Below are positions 10,541-19,719 of a DNA stretch of 64,000 bases, one piece after another. The stretch is from a candidate division WOR-3 bacterium (GTDB lineage Bacteria > Hydrothermota > Tepidihabitantia > Tepidihabitantales > Tepidihabitantaceae): positions 484 to 64,483 of the forward strand of contig CBFGIY010000003.1 in the NCBI GenBank assembly GCA_965648935.1, given 5' to 3'. Both the position numbers and the translations under genes were made by a program. Within the stretch, counting starts at the first letter, position 1, and each line of letters starts with the position of its first letter. The notes beneath the pieces were generated by a model. That model was not told the DNA's origin. It did not search any database and saw nothing but the letters and a program-made list of their open reading frames with translations.

Positions 10541-10550
10541 GCGCCGCCCT

Positions 10551-10583
10551 GAAAAACCCGGCGGCGGGCAGCGGCCCGCCGCC
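10551..10583 (-). terminator. rho-independent terminator for the NHL/T9SS gene
   Basis: On the minus strand: perfect 10-bp GC stem GGCGGCGGGC-cgct-GCCCGCCGCC followed by GGGTTTTTC, 28 nt after the stop at 10611. Confidence 0.6.
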
Positions 10584-10610
10584 GATGCTGCTGCGTTCAG
10601 TTCCTGCCTG

Positions 10611-11897
10611 CTACTCCGTCCTCACCAGCTTCCTCTGCGCTCTGCCGAGGTCTGTGCTCAGTTGGATGAAGTACACGCCGGCCGGGAGGGCGCGGCCGTT
10701 GCCGGTGCCGTCCCAGGTCAGGTGATACCAGCCCGCCTTCTGCTGGCAGTCAGCCAGGTTGGCGCACTGCCTTCCCGCCGCGTCGTAGAGCCGGATGCTG
10801 ACCCTGGATGCTTTGGGCAGGCCGTAGCTGAGCTGGGCGGTCCGGTTGCTTGGGTTGGGCCGGGGTGAGTTGAGCGTCAGGGTTCTGGGCAGGTTCTTTG
10901 CTCCCGCGGCCTGGCCGCCGCCGGGCAGGGAGTCAGAGCTGCGGATGCGGTAGGAGAGCACCCGGTTGCCTGCGGGCTTGAGCGTGTAGAGCCTGGTGCC
11001 GTCCGGGCTTGCCAGCAGGCCCTTGTGGACCGTGGTGTTGCCCAGGGTGTAGTAGACCGTGCCGTCTGAGGTGATGCCCTTGATTGTGCCGGTCTGGGGC
11101 TCGGTGAGGTAGATGCCGCCTGTGCCTGGCAGGGCGATGGCCTGCGGCCCGGTGAAGCCGCCGGTGATGCTGGGCAGTTCCTGCCCGGTGGTGTCATAGA
11201 CCGCGATGCGGTTGTTGCGCGTGTCGGCAACGTAGACTTTCTCGTCCCTTGCCGCTACCGCCTCAGGCCCGGACAGGCTGTCGGTGATAAGCTCAAGCCC
11301 CTCGCCCCGCTTGTAGCGAGCGAGCCTTCCTGTGAGCTTGTCGGTCAGCCAGTAGGCGCCCGAGGCGTCTTTGGCAATCCCAGAGGGCAGGCCCAGGCCC
11401 CGGGCCAGCCGGACCGGCTCGCCGGTGTTGCCCAGCGCCAGGAGCGTGTGGGCGCGGGCGTTGAGCAGGATGAGCGTGTCCGGGCTGTGCCGCACCGCCG
11501 CGGTGATGTAGGCAGCAGCCCCTGAGTCGGTAACGGTGCGGGTGGAGAGGGTGTTTAGTTCCTCGTCGTAGACCCGCAGGACCCCGGTGGCTGAGCCGAC
11601 GAGGATGCTGCCGTCGCCCAGGCCTGACCCGCCGCCGTCAGGGCCGGCGGCGTCGTACTCAGAGTCGCCGCCGTCCTGGTTGGCAAGCTGATACCAGGTC
11701 TCATCCTGCGACTGGTTGCCGGCCGAGTCGGTGACGGTCAGCCGGACGTAGTACTCGCCGTCTTCAAGACCTCCGGTGTTCCAGTAGCCGAGTGTGCCGG
11801 GCTGGGTTGCTGCCGGGCCGCAGACCGGAGTGTAGGACACCGAGTCCGGGTCGACCGGGGTCCACTCCCCGCCGTCGAGGCTGTAGTCCAGCCGGTA
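10611..11897 (-). CDS. NHL-repeat beta-propeller segment with C-terminal T9SS sorting domain; appears to be the C-terminal part of a disrupted larger gene
   Basis: NHL-type repeats (...DTRNNRIAVYDTTG...) and CTD ...RVSIRLYDAAGRQ...GVYFIQLSTDLGRAQRKLVRTE. The reading frame stays open upstream to an in-frame TGA at 11898-11900 (...DTWFL*YRLDYSLDGGEWTPV...). Confidence 0.6.
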   Translation of the reverse strand, partial: YRLDYSLDGGEWTPVDPDSVSYTPVCGPAATQPGTLGYWNTGGLEDGEYYVRLTVTDSAGNQSQDETWYQLANQDGGDSEYDAAGPDGGGSGLGDGSILVGSATGVLRVYDEELNTLSTRTVTDSGAAAYITAAVRHSPDTLILLNARAHTLLALGNTGEPVRLARGLGLPSGIAKDASGAYWLTDKLTGRLARYKRGEGLELITDSLSGPEAVAARDEKVYVADTRNNRIAVYDTTGQELPSITGGFTGPQAIALPGTGGIYLTEPQTGTIKGITSDGTVYYTLGNTTVHKGLLASPDGTRLYTLKPAGNRVLSYRIRSSDSLPGGGQAAGAKNLPRTLTLNSPRPNPSNRTAQLSYGLPKASRVSIRLYDAAGRQCANLADCQQKAGWYHLTWDGTGNGRALPAGVYFIQLSTDLGRAQRKLVRTE

Positions 11898-14092
11898 TCA
11901 GAGGAACCAGGTGTCGCCGGCCACGAGCGGGTCATAGGCCGCGCCCAGCAGCTTGAACTCGCCGTTGACCTTGCTTCCCTCGGTCGGCTCGACTATCGCC
12001 GCAACCGGTGGCGTCTCGTCCAGGTTGATGGAGTCGCAGGTCTCGACCCGCGTCTCGTTGCCGGACACATCCTGCACCGCCAGCCAGACCGTCTTGCGGC
12101 CGTCGCCGGGTGAGAGGGTCCAGGTCTGCACCGAGTCGGGCGGGAGCCAGTCGGAGAAGGTCGAGTCGGTGCCGAAGCGTTCCAGCTTGAGGTTGTCGAG
12201 CCAGACCAAGCCGGTGCCCTGGACTTCCTCGCCGGTGCGGCAGCGGACAAGTGCGGCCACGCATTTGTAGTCGTTGATGCTCGGCGGGGCAGGGCAGGTG
12301 AAGCGGCTCTCCAGCTTGTCCTGCCCGACGAAGGCGGCCGGGCCGGGGTCAATCTCGATGTAGTTGCTGACGTTCAGCAGCGTGTCCGGGGACTGCAGGT
12401 CGTCGGATTGGAAGACGTAGCCGTACTCCACGCGGCCGACCGCGCCCGGCGCTCCGACTTCCTCGACCAGCACATCGGCCGAGAGCCGCACGTACCGGCC
12501 GACCAGCGACTCGTAGACCGCTTTGGGCAGAGGCTGCCAGACCGCGGCGGTGTCGGTGCCCTGCGCGAGGCTGACCATCCCCGACGGCCCGTCGGCCTGC
12601 GCCCCCGAGTACCGCCAGAGTGTATCCCCGGTTCCGAAGCCCGAGCCGGCGACCACGTTGTCCAGTGCAGCGTTGCCCAGCCGGACCGAGCAGGCCGGCG
12701 ACAAGCTGTCGGTCCCGGCCCAGCTTGCCAGCACCGACGCGTCGTTGGTGAACGCCTCGTCTGAGTTAACCGCGACGCTCACCGGCGGCGGAGTCGAATC
12801 GAACACAACGAAGTCCGACCAAGCGGTGTCGCTGATGTTGACCAAGTCGTCGCTCGCCAGAAGGCCAAGTCTGTAGCGCCCCTCGCCCGCAAGGAACTGC
12901 CATGTCGTGCAGGGCTTGGCCCCAAACCACCCGCTGGCGATGACGATGTCGGGCACGGTGTCGCCTGTGCCGTACATCGCTTGGAGCAGTTGCAGGCTTT
13001 CGCAAGCCACGCTGTCGTTCTCAAAGCTGATGCTCGATAGGTTAAGTATCACCCGCGGGACGCAGGACCTTCCTCCGGTAACTGGTGCGACGTTGCTTTG
13101 CGGCGGAACGCGGACGACGGTGCGTACGTGGCCGCTGTTGTCGTCGGTGCCCAATTCGACGAATGCCTGCGTCTGGTTCGCCTTGACGCTGAGAAGTCTC
13201 GGCCCCGCCACGGCAGGTAACCACGTAACTGGCCCGATGACCACACTGCTCTCGGGTCTGATGCCTTGGCAGTACTCCCTGAGGCCCACGTATCCGCTGT
13301 CGACGTAGAACCGTACCGTCATGGCTGGGTACCCACCCTCGGGGATGTGCGTCCGCGTCGAGTCGTTGCCGATGTTCTTGACCCGTGCCCATATCTGAGC
13401 TTGTCTGTCCTGCTGCACCATCGCTGGCACTGTCCAAACACTGTCGACGATGAGGTCGGGCCGCCTCGGCGTTCCCCGTTCGCGAATGATCACCGGTCGC
13501 CGGCCAATCTCCGCGGGAAGCCAACCGTCGGTCTGCGTCGACACAGTCACCTGCGGCGGAGAGTTGTCGTAGGCTGTCCGTAGGAAGTAGACGCTATCCG
13601 TTCGGGCCGGCACGCGAAGGGTGTCCGTGAACGCCGAGTTGTTCTCGGAAACCCACGCGACCCAGAACTTGCCGCCCGCGCTGTCGCTGTACTCCATCGC
13701 TCGTGGCAAGTAGTCGCCTGGGGCATCAGGTGGCAGCGTCCATTCGTTGAACTCGGCTCCGCACGTTGTGGTCGCCCACTGCTGGAAGGCGTAGGCTGAG
13801 GGTCTCATCCCAAATTGCGGCGTCGTGTCGGTTATGCCCCACCAAGCGTAGCCGGTCGGCACATTGTTGTTCAGCGGTGGCTCTCTCTGCGTGAAGTCCG
13901 GCATGTACCGTCCGGTGAAGGCGAACCAAGTGTGTTGCTCCAAGCGGTGGAACGGTAGCGAGTTGTACGCCTGAAGGGTGGCGTAGGTCTGCACAATTCG
14001 GTGAGCCCTGAGTGAGTCTGCCTCGGGCAGCCAACTCGGCTCCTGGGCAATCGTCGGCCAGCCTTCCTCGGAGACCCAAGTCGGTCGCGGCT
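11898..14092 (-). pseudogene. central segment of large secreted Ig/FN3-like repeat protein (same gene as the flanking segments, interrupted)
   Basis: The 880-aa ORF frame is protein-like only from about 14090 downward (...PTWVSEEGWPTIAQEPSW...). It ends at a TGA that is in frame with the downstream NHL/CTD segment. Its upstream junction with the 14093..15577 ORF needs a +1 shift at a C5/G5 run (14100-14104). Confidence 0.5.
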
Positions 14093-15577
14093 TCAGGAGC
14101 CCCCATCTCTGAAGTAGTACCGGAGCGAGTCCAGGTACATCTCCTGTTGTGACACGCTCGGGTAGTATGGGTGGTATGAAGCGATGTCGAAGCTGTCGCC
14201 CAGCCCGAACATCTCCAAGCCCTGCAGCCACTGCCCCAGGTAGAATCCCTCTCCGTCTGGCATCGTGGGACAGTAAAGCGCGAGACGCGGCATAGACTCC
14301 GCTGGCACGCCCAACGAATCTGCAGCCTGCCGCATCGCTGAGTAGACGACCTTGGCATGTCTCGCGTATACCTCGAGGAAACTCCATCTCCGGCGGTCGA
14401 GCCGTGCGTTCTCGTTCCCGGTTGGGTAGATCGCCCGCCACTTCTCGTAGACGGCGATGTATGTCGAATCGGCGATCTTGCGGTCTCCTTCTTCGTAGAT
14501 CCACGGACCACTCCACTGATTCCATGGCCTCAACTGCCAACTCGCCGCCTCGCTGTAAGTCTCATAGAGTGTAATCGGCCTGTATGGCAGCTGCGGATTG
14601 GCGCTCCAGAATCCGCCCCGAGGACCGTATCGCTTCACAAACTCAAAGACGTATCGCCCCGTGAAGTTCGAATCGTGCAGCGCAGGGTAGTAGAGGTTAC
14701 GCGCGAAGTGCATCTGTGTCCCATTCTGGCCGGAGCTGTAGCAGTCTGCCCAACAGGGCTTGTAGGGCTGCTCGTTCGTCACGCCGGGGAAGCCCTCGAA
14801 GTGCATCGCTGGTTGAAGGCCTGCGGTCGCATATCCTGCCATCAGGAGGTCTAGCTTATCCCACTTGTACGTGGTGCACGTGCTTGGCTGAACAATGCCC
14901 CAGAAACCGTACCCGAACTTGTCCGTCTGGACCCCGATGTCCTTCATTCGTGCAATGCAGGCTGGCCAATTCGGCACGTCGTATGGCAGACTCTCAAGAT
15001 GTGTGCCGCTGCCATCGTTCTTCCAGAAGATAACCGATTGCACCCCGAACTCGTCACCGACGCGAGCGCGGGCGGAGACCCGCATGCAGAGGTCCTTGTC
15101 GGTATGATGCTCGGAACCGACCAACATGTACCCAAACTGGTTGCTGTATTGGTCACCGGTCTGATAGTAGTAATGCAGGCTATCATCTGTGCGCGTGAAG
15201 CGGAACTCGAGCTTGTGCCCTCGCTGAATGGACTCGGGGCGGATGACATCGAGACGCATTTTCACCCAGTTGTGGTCGATGTTGCCATCCGCGTTGCCTG
15301 AAGCGATTGGCACATCTCCTGGATACGTCCGCACCGACACATGATAGGCTCCGCCACCGGCCATAGTGCCCGCGAAGAGCTCGACATACGCTCCCGAGGC
15401 GCTGTCGAGCTCATCCCACGAACATGTCACGATTTGGCTGACTTGGTTATTCTGCAGCGTAGTCCAGCCTGAGAGGCTGGCCATCGACGGCTCGATGCTG
15501 TATGCGCGCAGCAGCCCAAGTGCTGTGCTGCCGACGAGCAGAGATATGACGCAGAACCAGCAGCAAACCCTCTTCAC
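14093..15577 (-). CDS. N-terminal secreted domain (possible glycoside-hydrolase-like) of the disrupted large T9SS cargo gene
   Basis: 494 aa with signal peptide MKRVCCWFCVISLLVGSTALG and aromatic-rich globular sequence. Stops at 14093 (...YYFRDGGS*) exactly where the next frame becomes coding. Confidence 0.55.
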   Translation of the reverse strand: MKRVCCWFCVISLLVGSTALGLLRAYSIEPSMASLSGWTTLQNNQVSQIVTCSWDELDSASGAYVELFAGTMAGGGAYHVSVRTYPGDVPIASGNADGNIDHNWVKMRLDVIRPESIQRGHKLEFRFTRTDDSLHYYYQTGDQYSNQFGYMLVGSEHHTDKDLCMRVSARARVGDEFGVQSVIFWKNDGSGTHLESLPYDVPNWPACIARMKDIGVQTDKFGYGFWGIVQPSTCTTYKWDKLDLLMAGYATAGLQPAMHFEGFPGVTNEQPYKPCWADCYSSGQNGTQMHFARNLYYPALHDSNFTGRYVFEFVKRYGPRGGFWSANPQLPYRPITLYETYSEAASWQLRPWNQWSGPWIYEEGDRKIADSTYIAVYEKWRAIYPTGNENARLDRRRWSFLEVYARHAKVVYSAMRQAADSLGVPAESMPRLALYCPTMPDGEGFYLGQWLQGLEMFGLGDSFDIASYHPYYPSVSQQEMYLDSLRYYFRDGGS

Positions 15578-15595
15578 TTCGTCCTCCTCTGACAG

Positions 15596-17854
15596 CTACC
15601 GTTTGACAAACCGGGCCGTTGATGTTGTTCGCCCGGCTCTGACCACGAGAGTGTAGATTCCTGCAGACAAGGCGCTGACGTCCAGTTCCGCACTCCCGCT
15701 GCCTTCAGCCACCAGACGGCGCATCACCTCCCTTCCGCTGACGTCGACCACGCGCACAGTTAGTCGCTCCCTGCGCTGTCCGCTGAGGCGCAACACACAT
15801 CTGCCTGCTGTAAGGCTCGGCACGACAACTACGCGCCCGGCGCGTCGCTCACCTCCTACGGGCTCCGCTATACCCGTGGATTCGATGGCGTAGACCCCGA
15901 CCCCCGCTTCGTACATGGCAGTGAAGATCAACCCTGCGTCTGCGACCACGCGGCGTGTTGAGCGCGGTGTGGCGATGGTCGCGATGTTGGCCGGCGACTG
16001 CGGGTCGCTCACGTCGACCATCACAAGCCCGTTCCACGTCCCGACAACGGCGAGTGAACCGGTCAGGGCAACGTCCCATGAGTGCGAGCCGAGCGGAGCG
16101 TAGCCGAGCAGCCGCAGCGACCTCGGGTCTGCCGCGCTGTAGACCCGCAGGGTATCGTAGCCGTACGGTACATACACGAAGGTGTCTCGAACCGCCACGC
16201 CGAACCCGAAGACGGGCGTGCTGCTGAGAACCCAAGGCGAGGTCGGCTGTGCAATGTTCACCACCTGCAGCGAGCCGCTGATGAGATAGGCGAGTGAGTC
16301 CTGGACCGCCAAGCCGAAGTAGTTGCCATCCTGGGTGACGCAACTCCCGACCAGCCGCGGCTCACGCGGCCGGGCGACGTTGACAACCTGGAAGCGATTG
16401 GCCTCAGCGCAGTAGACGAAGCTGTCGCGGAGAACCATGTCTTCTGGCGGACCGAAGGTCTCACAGGAGCCAGCAAACACGGGGGTGGCAGGGTTGGTGA
16501 CATCAAGAACCCGAAACAACTGCCGGGTCCAGAAGTCGACAAAGGCGAACGAATCTCGAGCGACGACTGATGTCATGAAGGGTCGCTGCCCGGATGAATC
16601 ATGAGTGCCCAACAGCGTCGGTCGGGTCGGATCAGTGATGTCCAGTATCTTGAGCCCGGCCATCTCATTGGCGATGTAGGCCCGGCCGTTGTCGATGTGG
16701 ACATCGACTGCTTGGTCTGCGCCCAGAAGCCAGGTGTCTCTGACCGGGGCTGCCGGGTTGCGCACGTCGTAGACGTTCAGGCCTTCCCAGTGGCAGCCGA
16801 CAAAGGCCGAGCTTGCCCGCCCGTTGGCCCAGATGCCCATGCTCCAGCCCGGCGTGTTGGCCCGGCTGACCTGCCGCGGCTGCGACGGGTTGGCCACCGA
16901 CACCACCGTCATCTCGTTGACGTTGTTGCCGTCGCCCGAGCAGTAGGCGAAGGTGTCGCAGAGCTCGATGTCGTAGCCACCGGCCTGGTCCACCATCCCG
17001 ACCTGGTGGGGCGTGCCCGGGTCGGCGACGTCTAGCACCCGGAACTCGATGTCGCCCGACTGGTTGGGGTTGTAGGTGGTGATGTAGCAGTAGTCGCCGC
17101 GGGCGGTGACGCACTCGGTCGCGTAGCCGAGCGAGGTGAGCCGGTGCGGGGCGGCTGGGTCGGCGAGGTCGACCACGTACAGGCCCCAGCGGTCGCCGAG
17201 GAACGCCGCGTTGTTGGTCACGCCGATGGCCACGCCCGAGTCCCGGCAGGCACCGACGCGGTACGGCCGCGCCGGGTCGGCGATGCTGTAGCTCTTGAAG
17301 CTGTCGTCGCTGATGACAAAGGCAAACGTGTCCTGCAGGGCGAAGTCGTTGAGCGCGGTGCCCAGCACCGAGAGCCGGATCGGGTTGCGCTCGTCGGTGA
17401 TGTCCCACGTCTCCAGCCCCTTGCGCGAGCCGACAAAGAGCAGGGAGTCCCGGACCCGCACCCGGTTGACCAGGCCGCCGGCGTTCATGTCGGAGAGCAG
17501 TTCCAGCGCGACGCGCTCTGTCCGGGCGAAGCGCAGCAGGCTGACGCCCGAGCCGCGGGCCAGGGCCACGAGCGTCTCGGCAGGAGTGACGCGGCCGTCC
17601 ACGTCAAAGGACGGGCCATATGACCAGCGGCCGACCTCAACTAGACCTGTCGAGTCGTCCGACGCCTGTGGCAGAGACGCGTTCCAGCCGGGCAGCTCAA
17701 GACCGCGCTCACTCAGCCAGCGACCGCGCTGGCGCGGGTGGACCCGCGACAGGCTCTCCATCACCGTCGCGTGCTCGAACACGTCCATCGGCCTTGCCTC
17801 TGCCGCCACCCCGAGCAGCAGCAGTCCGACTGTGGTCAGGATCCTGCCCGCCAT
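15596..17854 (-). CDS. LVIVD-repeat beta-propeller protein with C-terminal T9SS sorting domain
   Basis: 752 aa. Signal peptide. Many repeats of (L/V)DV(S/A/T)(D/N)PxxP...(LVIVD repeat). CTD ...VRVVDVSGREV...GIYTLVVRAG...ARFVKR. Confidence 0.75.
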   Translation of the reverse strand: MAGRILTTVGLLLLGVAAEARPMDVFEHATVMESLSRVHPRQRGRWLSERGLELPGWNASLPQASDDSTGLVEVGRWSYGPSFDVDGRVTPAETLVALARGSGVSLLRFARTERVALELLSDMNAGGLVNRVRVRDSLLFVGSRKGLETWDITDERNPIRLSVLGTALNDFALQDTFAFVISDDSFKSYSIADPARPYRVGACRDSGVAIGVTNNAAFLGDRWGLYVVDLADPAAPHRLTSLGYATECVTARGDYCYITTYNPNQSGDIEFRVLDVADPGTPHQVGMVDQAGGYDIELCDTFAYCSGDGNNVNEMTVVSVANPSQPRQVSRANTPGWSMGIWANGRASSAFVGCHWEGLNVYDVRNPAAPVRDTWLLGADQAVDVHIDNGRAYIANEMAGLKILDITDPTRPTLLGTHDSSGQRPFMTSVVARDSFAFVDFWTRQLFRVLDVTNPATPVFAGSCETFGPPEDMVLRDSFVYCAEANRFQVVNVARPREPRLVGSCVTQDGNYFGLAVQDSLAYLISGSLQVVNIAQPTSPWVLSSTPVFGFGVAVRDTFVYVPYGYDTLRVYSAADPRSLRLLGYAPLGSHSWDVALTGSLAVVGTWNGLVMVDVSDPQSPANIATIATPRSTRRVVADAGLIFTAMYEAGVGVYAIESTGIAEPVGGERRAGRVVVVPSLTAGRCVLRLSGQRRERLTVRVVDVSGREVMRRLVAEGSGSAELDVSALSAGIYTLVVRAGRTTSTARFVKR

Positions 17855-17914
17855 ACGTCCATAATGAGACGCACCCTCACATTGTCAACCGGCAGGAACA
17901 GGGCGTGCCCCGCC

Positions 17915-19657
17915 CTACAGCTTCTCGAGTTGTTCTTTGACTAGCTGGCGCTGGTAGAGCTGCCAGTACAGGCCGTGTTTGGCGAGCAGTTCGGCGTGGG
18001 TGCCCTGCTCTTTGACTTCGCCTGCGTCGAGCACGTAGACGTAGTCGCACTCGGACAGCACCGACAGCCGGTGGGACACGATAATGACCGCGGTGTCTTT
18101 CAGGCCGGTGACGAGGTGGGCGATGAGGTCGCGCTCGGTTTCGGCGTCGAGCGCCGAGGTGGCGTCGTCGAACACCGCGACCGCGGGCCGGTGCACCAGC
18201 GCGCGGGCAATGGCAACCCGCTCGCGCTGGCCGCCCGACAGCCGCGTGCCCCGTTCGCCGAGCATCTCGTCCATCCCTTTCTCGAACCCGGCGACTTCCT
18301 CTGTCAGCTCGGCCGCTTCCGCCGCCTCGGTCACGCGCTTCTCGTCCAGCCCCTCGCGCCCGAAGGTGATGTTGTTGCGGACGGTGTCGGAGAACAGCAT
18401 CGGCTCCTGCGGCGCGTACCCGAACAGCGCTCGGTAGGCATCGAGGTCGAGTGTGCGGATGTCGGTGCCTGAGAGGGTGACGCGGCCTTCCTGCGGGTCG
18501 GCCATCCGGAACAGCAATCGGAACAGCGTGCTCTTGCCCGACCCGACCGTGCCGGCGATGCCGACGCGCTTGCCCGGCGGGAAGCTCATCGACACGTCCT
18601 TGAGCACCGGCCGTTCGTTGAAAGAGAAGGTCACGCTCTCCAGCCGCAGTTCGCCTTTCTCGGGCGGCCGCGCTTCGCGGGGCGGCTCGACCTCGAGCGG
18701 GTGATGCTTCAGGTTCTCGATTCTCTCGGCCGAGCCCTGGGCGCGCCGGCCGGCCACAAAGAGGTTGCCGATGTCGAACATCGGGCCGATGAGCATCAGC
18801 ATGTAGGCGTTGAACGCGACGAATTGCCCGAGCGTCAGCGCCTTGCCGATGACCTGCATCCCGCCAACCCAGAGAATGAGCAGCGCGATGACCTCGGCGC
18901 TGCTGCCGTAAAGCAGCCGGATGCGCATTTCCAGCGCGGCCTCTTTGACCGCGGTCTTGACTCGCGCGTCGAGCGACGAGCGGAACCGCGCCGCGGCCCG
19001 GTCTTCCATCACGTAGGCCTTGACCAGCCGGATGCCGGTGAACGACGACTGGAGCTGGTTGTTGATGTCGGCGATCTGCTCGCGCCACTTCATGAATACC
19101 CGGTACACGCGCGGCCCGAGCCGGGTCCAGGCAAACATCATCGCCAGGGCCGGCACGACCGTGACCACGGTCAGAAGAACGTTCATTCGCAGCATTATCA
19201 CCAGCGCGAACAGCGCCGACAGCGCCGCGGCCACAAACCGGAACAGGCCCGAGCAGGCGAACCACGAAAGCTCAACGAGGTCGTGGTCGAGCCGCTCCAT
19301 CACGTCGCCGGTCGGGAACTCGGCCGCGAACCGGTGCCCGGTGTCGAGCACGCGGCGAAAAACGGTGTTGCGCACCGACCACTGGTAGCGCTCGTTCATC
19401 CGGCCGCGCACGAACGGCATCAGCACGTTGCTGGCCGCACGCAGCAGTCCGAACCCGACCAGAAGGAGCACGTAGCGCACCAGCACCGCCGTCGAGAGCC
19501 GCGCGCTGATGCCGTCGATGATGAGCCGCAGGATGTAGGGGTAGGCGGCCGTGATGGCCGACGCGAAAACCGTGAGGACGATGAGCCAGAACACCCAGGT
19601 CGGGCGCTCGCGCCAGAAGTCGAACACGAGCTTCAGCCCGAACTGCGGCTTCTTCAC
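17915..19657 (-). CDS. ABC transporter ATP-binding/permease fusion (MsbA-like exporter half-transporter)
   Basis: 580 aa. Six-helix TMD followed by an NBD with GTVGSGKSTL Walker A, LSGGQRERVAIARAL signature and Walker B. GTG start. Confidence 0.9.
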   Translation of the reverse strand: MKKPQFGLKLVFDFWRERPTWVFWLIVLTVFASAITAAYPYILRLIIDGISARLSTAVLVRYVLLLVGFGLLRAASNVLMPFVRGRMNERYQWSVRNTVFRRVLDTGHRFAAEFPTGDVMERLDHDLVELSWFACSGLFRFVAAALSALFALVIMLRMNVLLTVVTVVPALAMMFAWTRLGPRVYRVFMKWREQIADINNQLQSSFTGIRLVKAYVMEDRAAARFRSSLDARVKTAVKEAALEMRIRLLYGSSAEVIALLILWVGGMQVIGKALTLGQFVAFNAYMLMLIGPMFDIGNLFVAGRRAQGSAERIENLKHHPLEVEPPREARPPEKGELRLESVTFSFNERPVLKDVSMSFPPGKRVGIAGTVGSGKSTLFRLLFRMADPQEGRVTLSGTDIRTLDLDAYRALFGYAPQEPMLFSDTVRNNITFGREGLDEKRVTEAAEAAELTEEVAGFEKGMDEMLGERGTRLSGGQRERVAIARALVHRPAVAVFDDATSALDAETERDLIAHLVTGLKDTAVIIVSHRLSVLSECDYVYVLDAGEVKEQGTHAELLAKHGLYWQLYQRQLVKEQLEKL

Positions 19658-19683
19658 GCGCGCTTCGTCCTGCCCGCCGTTCC

Positions 19684-19714
19684 GGCTTCTGGCCTTTGGC
19701 TTCTGGCTTCTTCC
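19684..19714. repeat. K/P-coding short repeat element, intergenic copy (between the two ABC exporter genes)
   Basis: + strand GGCTTCTGGCCTTTGGCTTCTGGCTTC. The reverse complement encodes SQKPKARS in the frame of the downstream gene. Confidence 0.6.
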
Positions 19715-19719
19715 GCCAC

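Noticed and set aside
11898-11900. In-frame TGA as selenocysteine or genetic-code reassignment
   Set aside because: TGA terminates many well-supported genes here, e.g. the ADH and the ABC ATPase. No SECIS-like hairpin is evident immediately downstream, and the position is not a redox-active Cys site. A sequencing error or pseudogene is more parsimonious, so it is kept as a finding rather than a recoding call.
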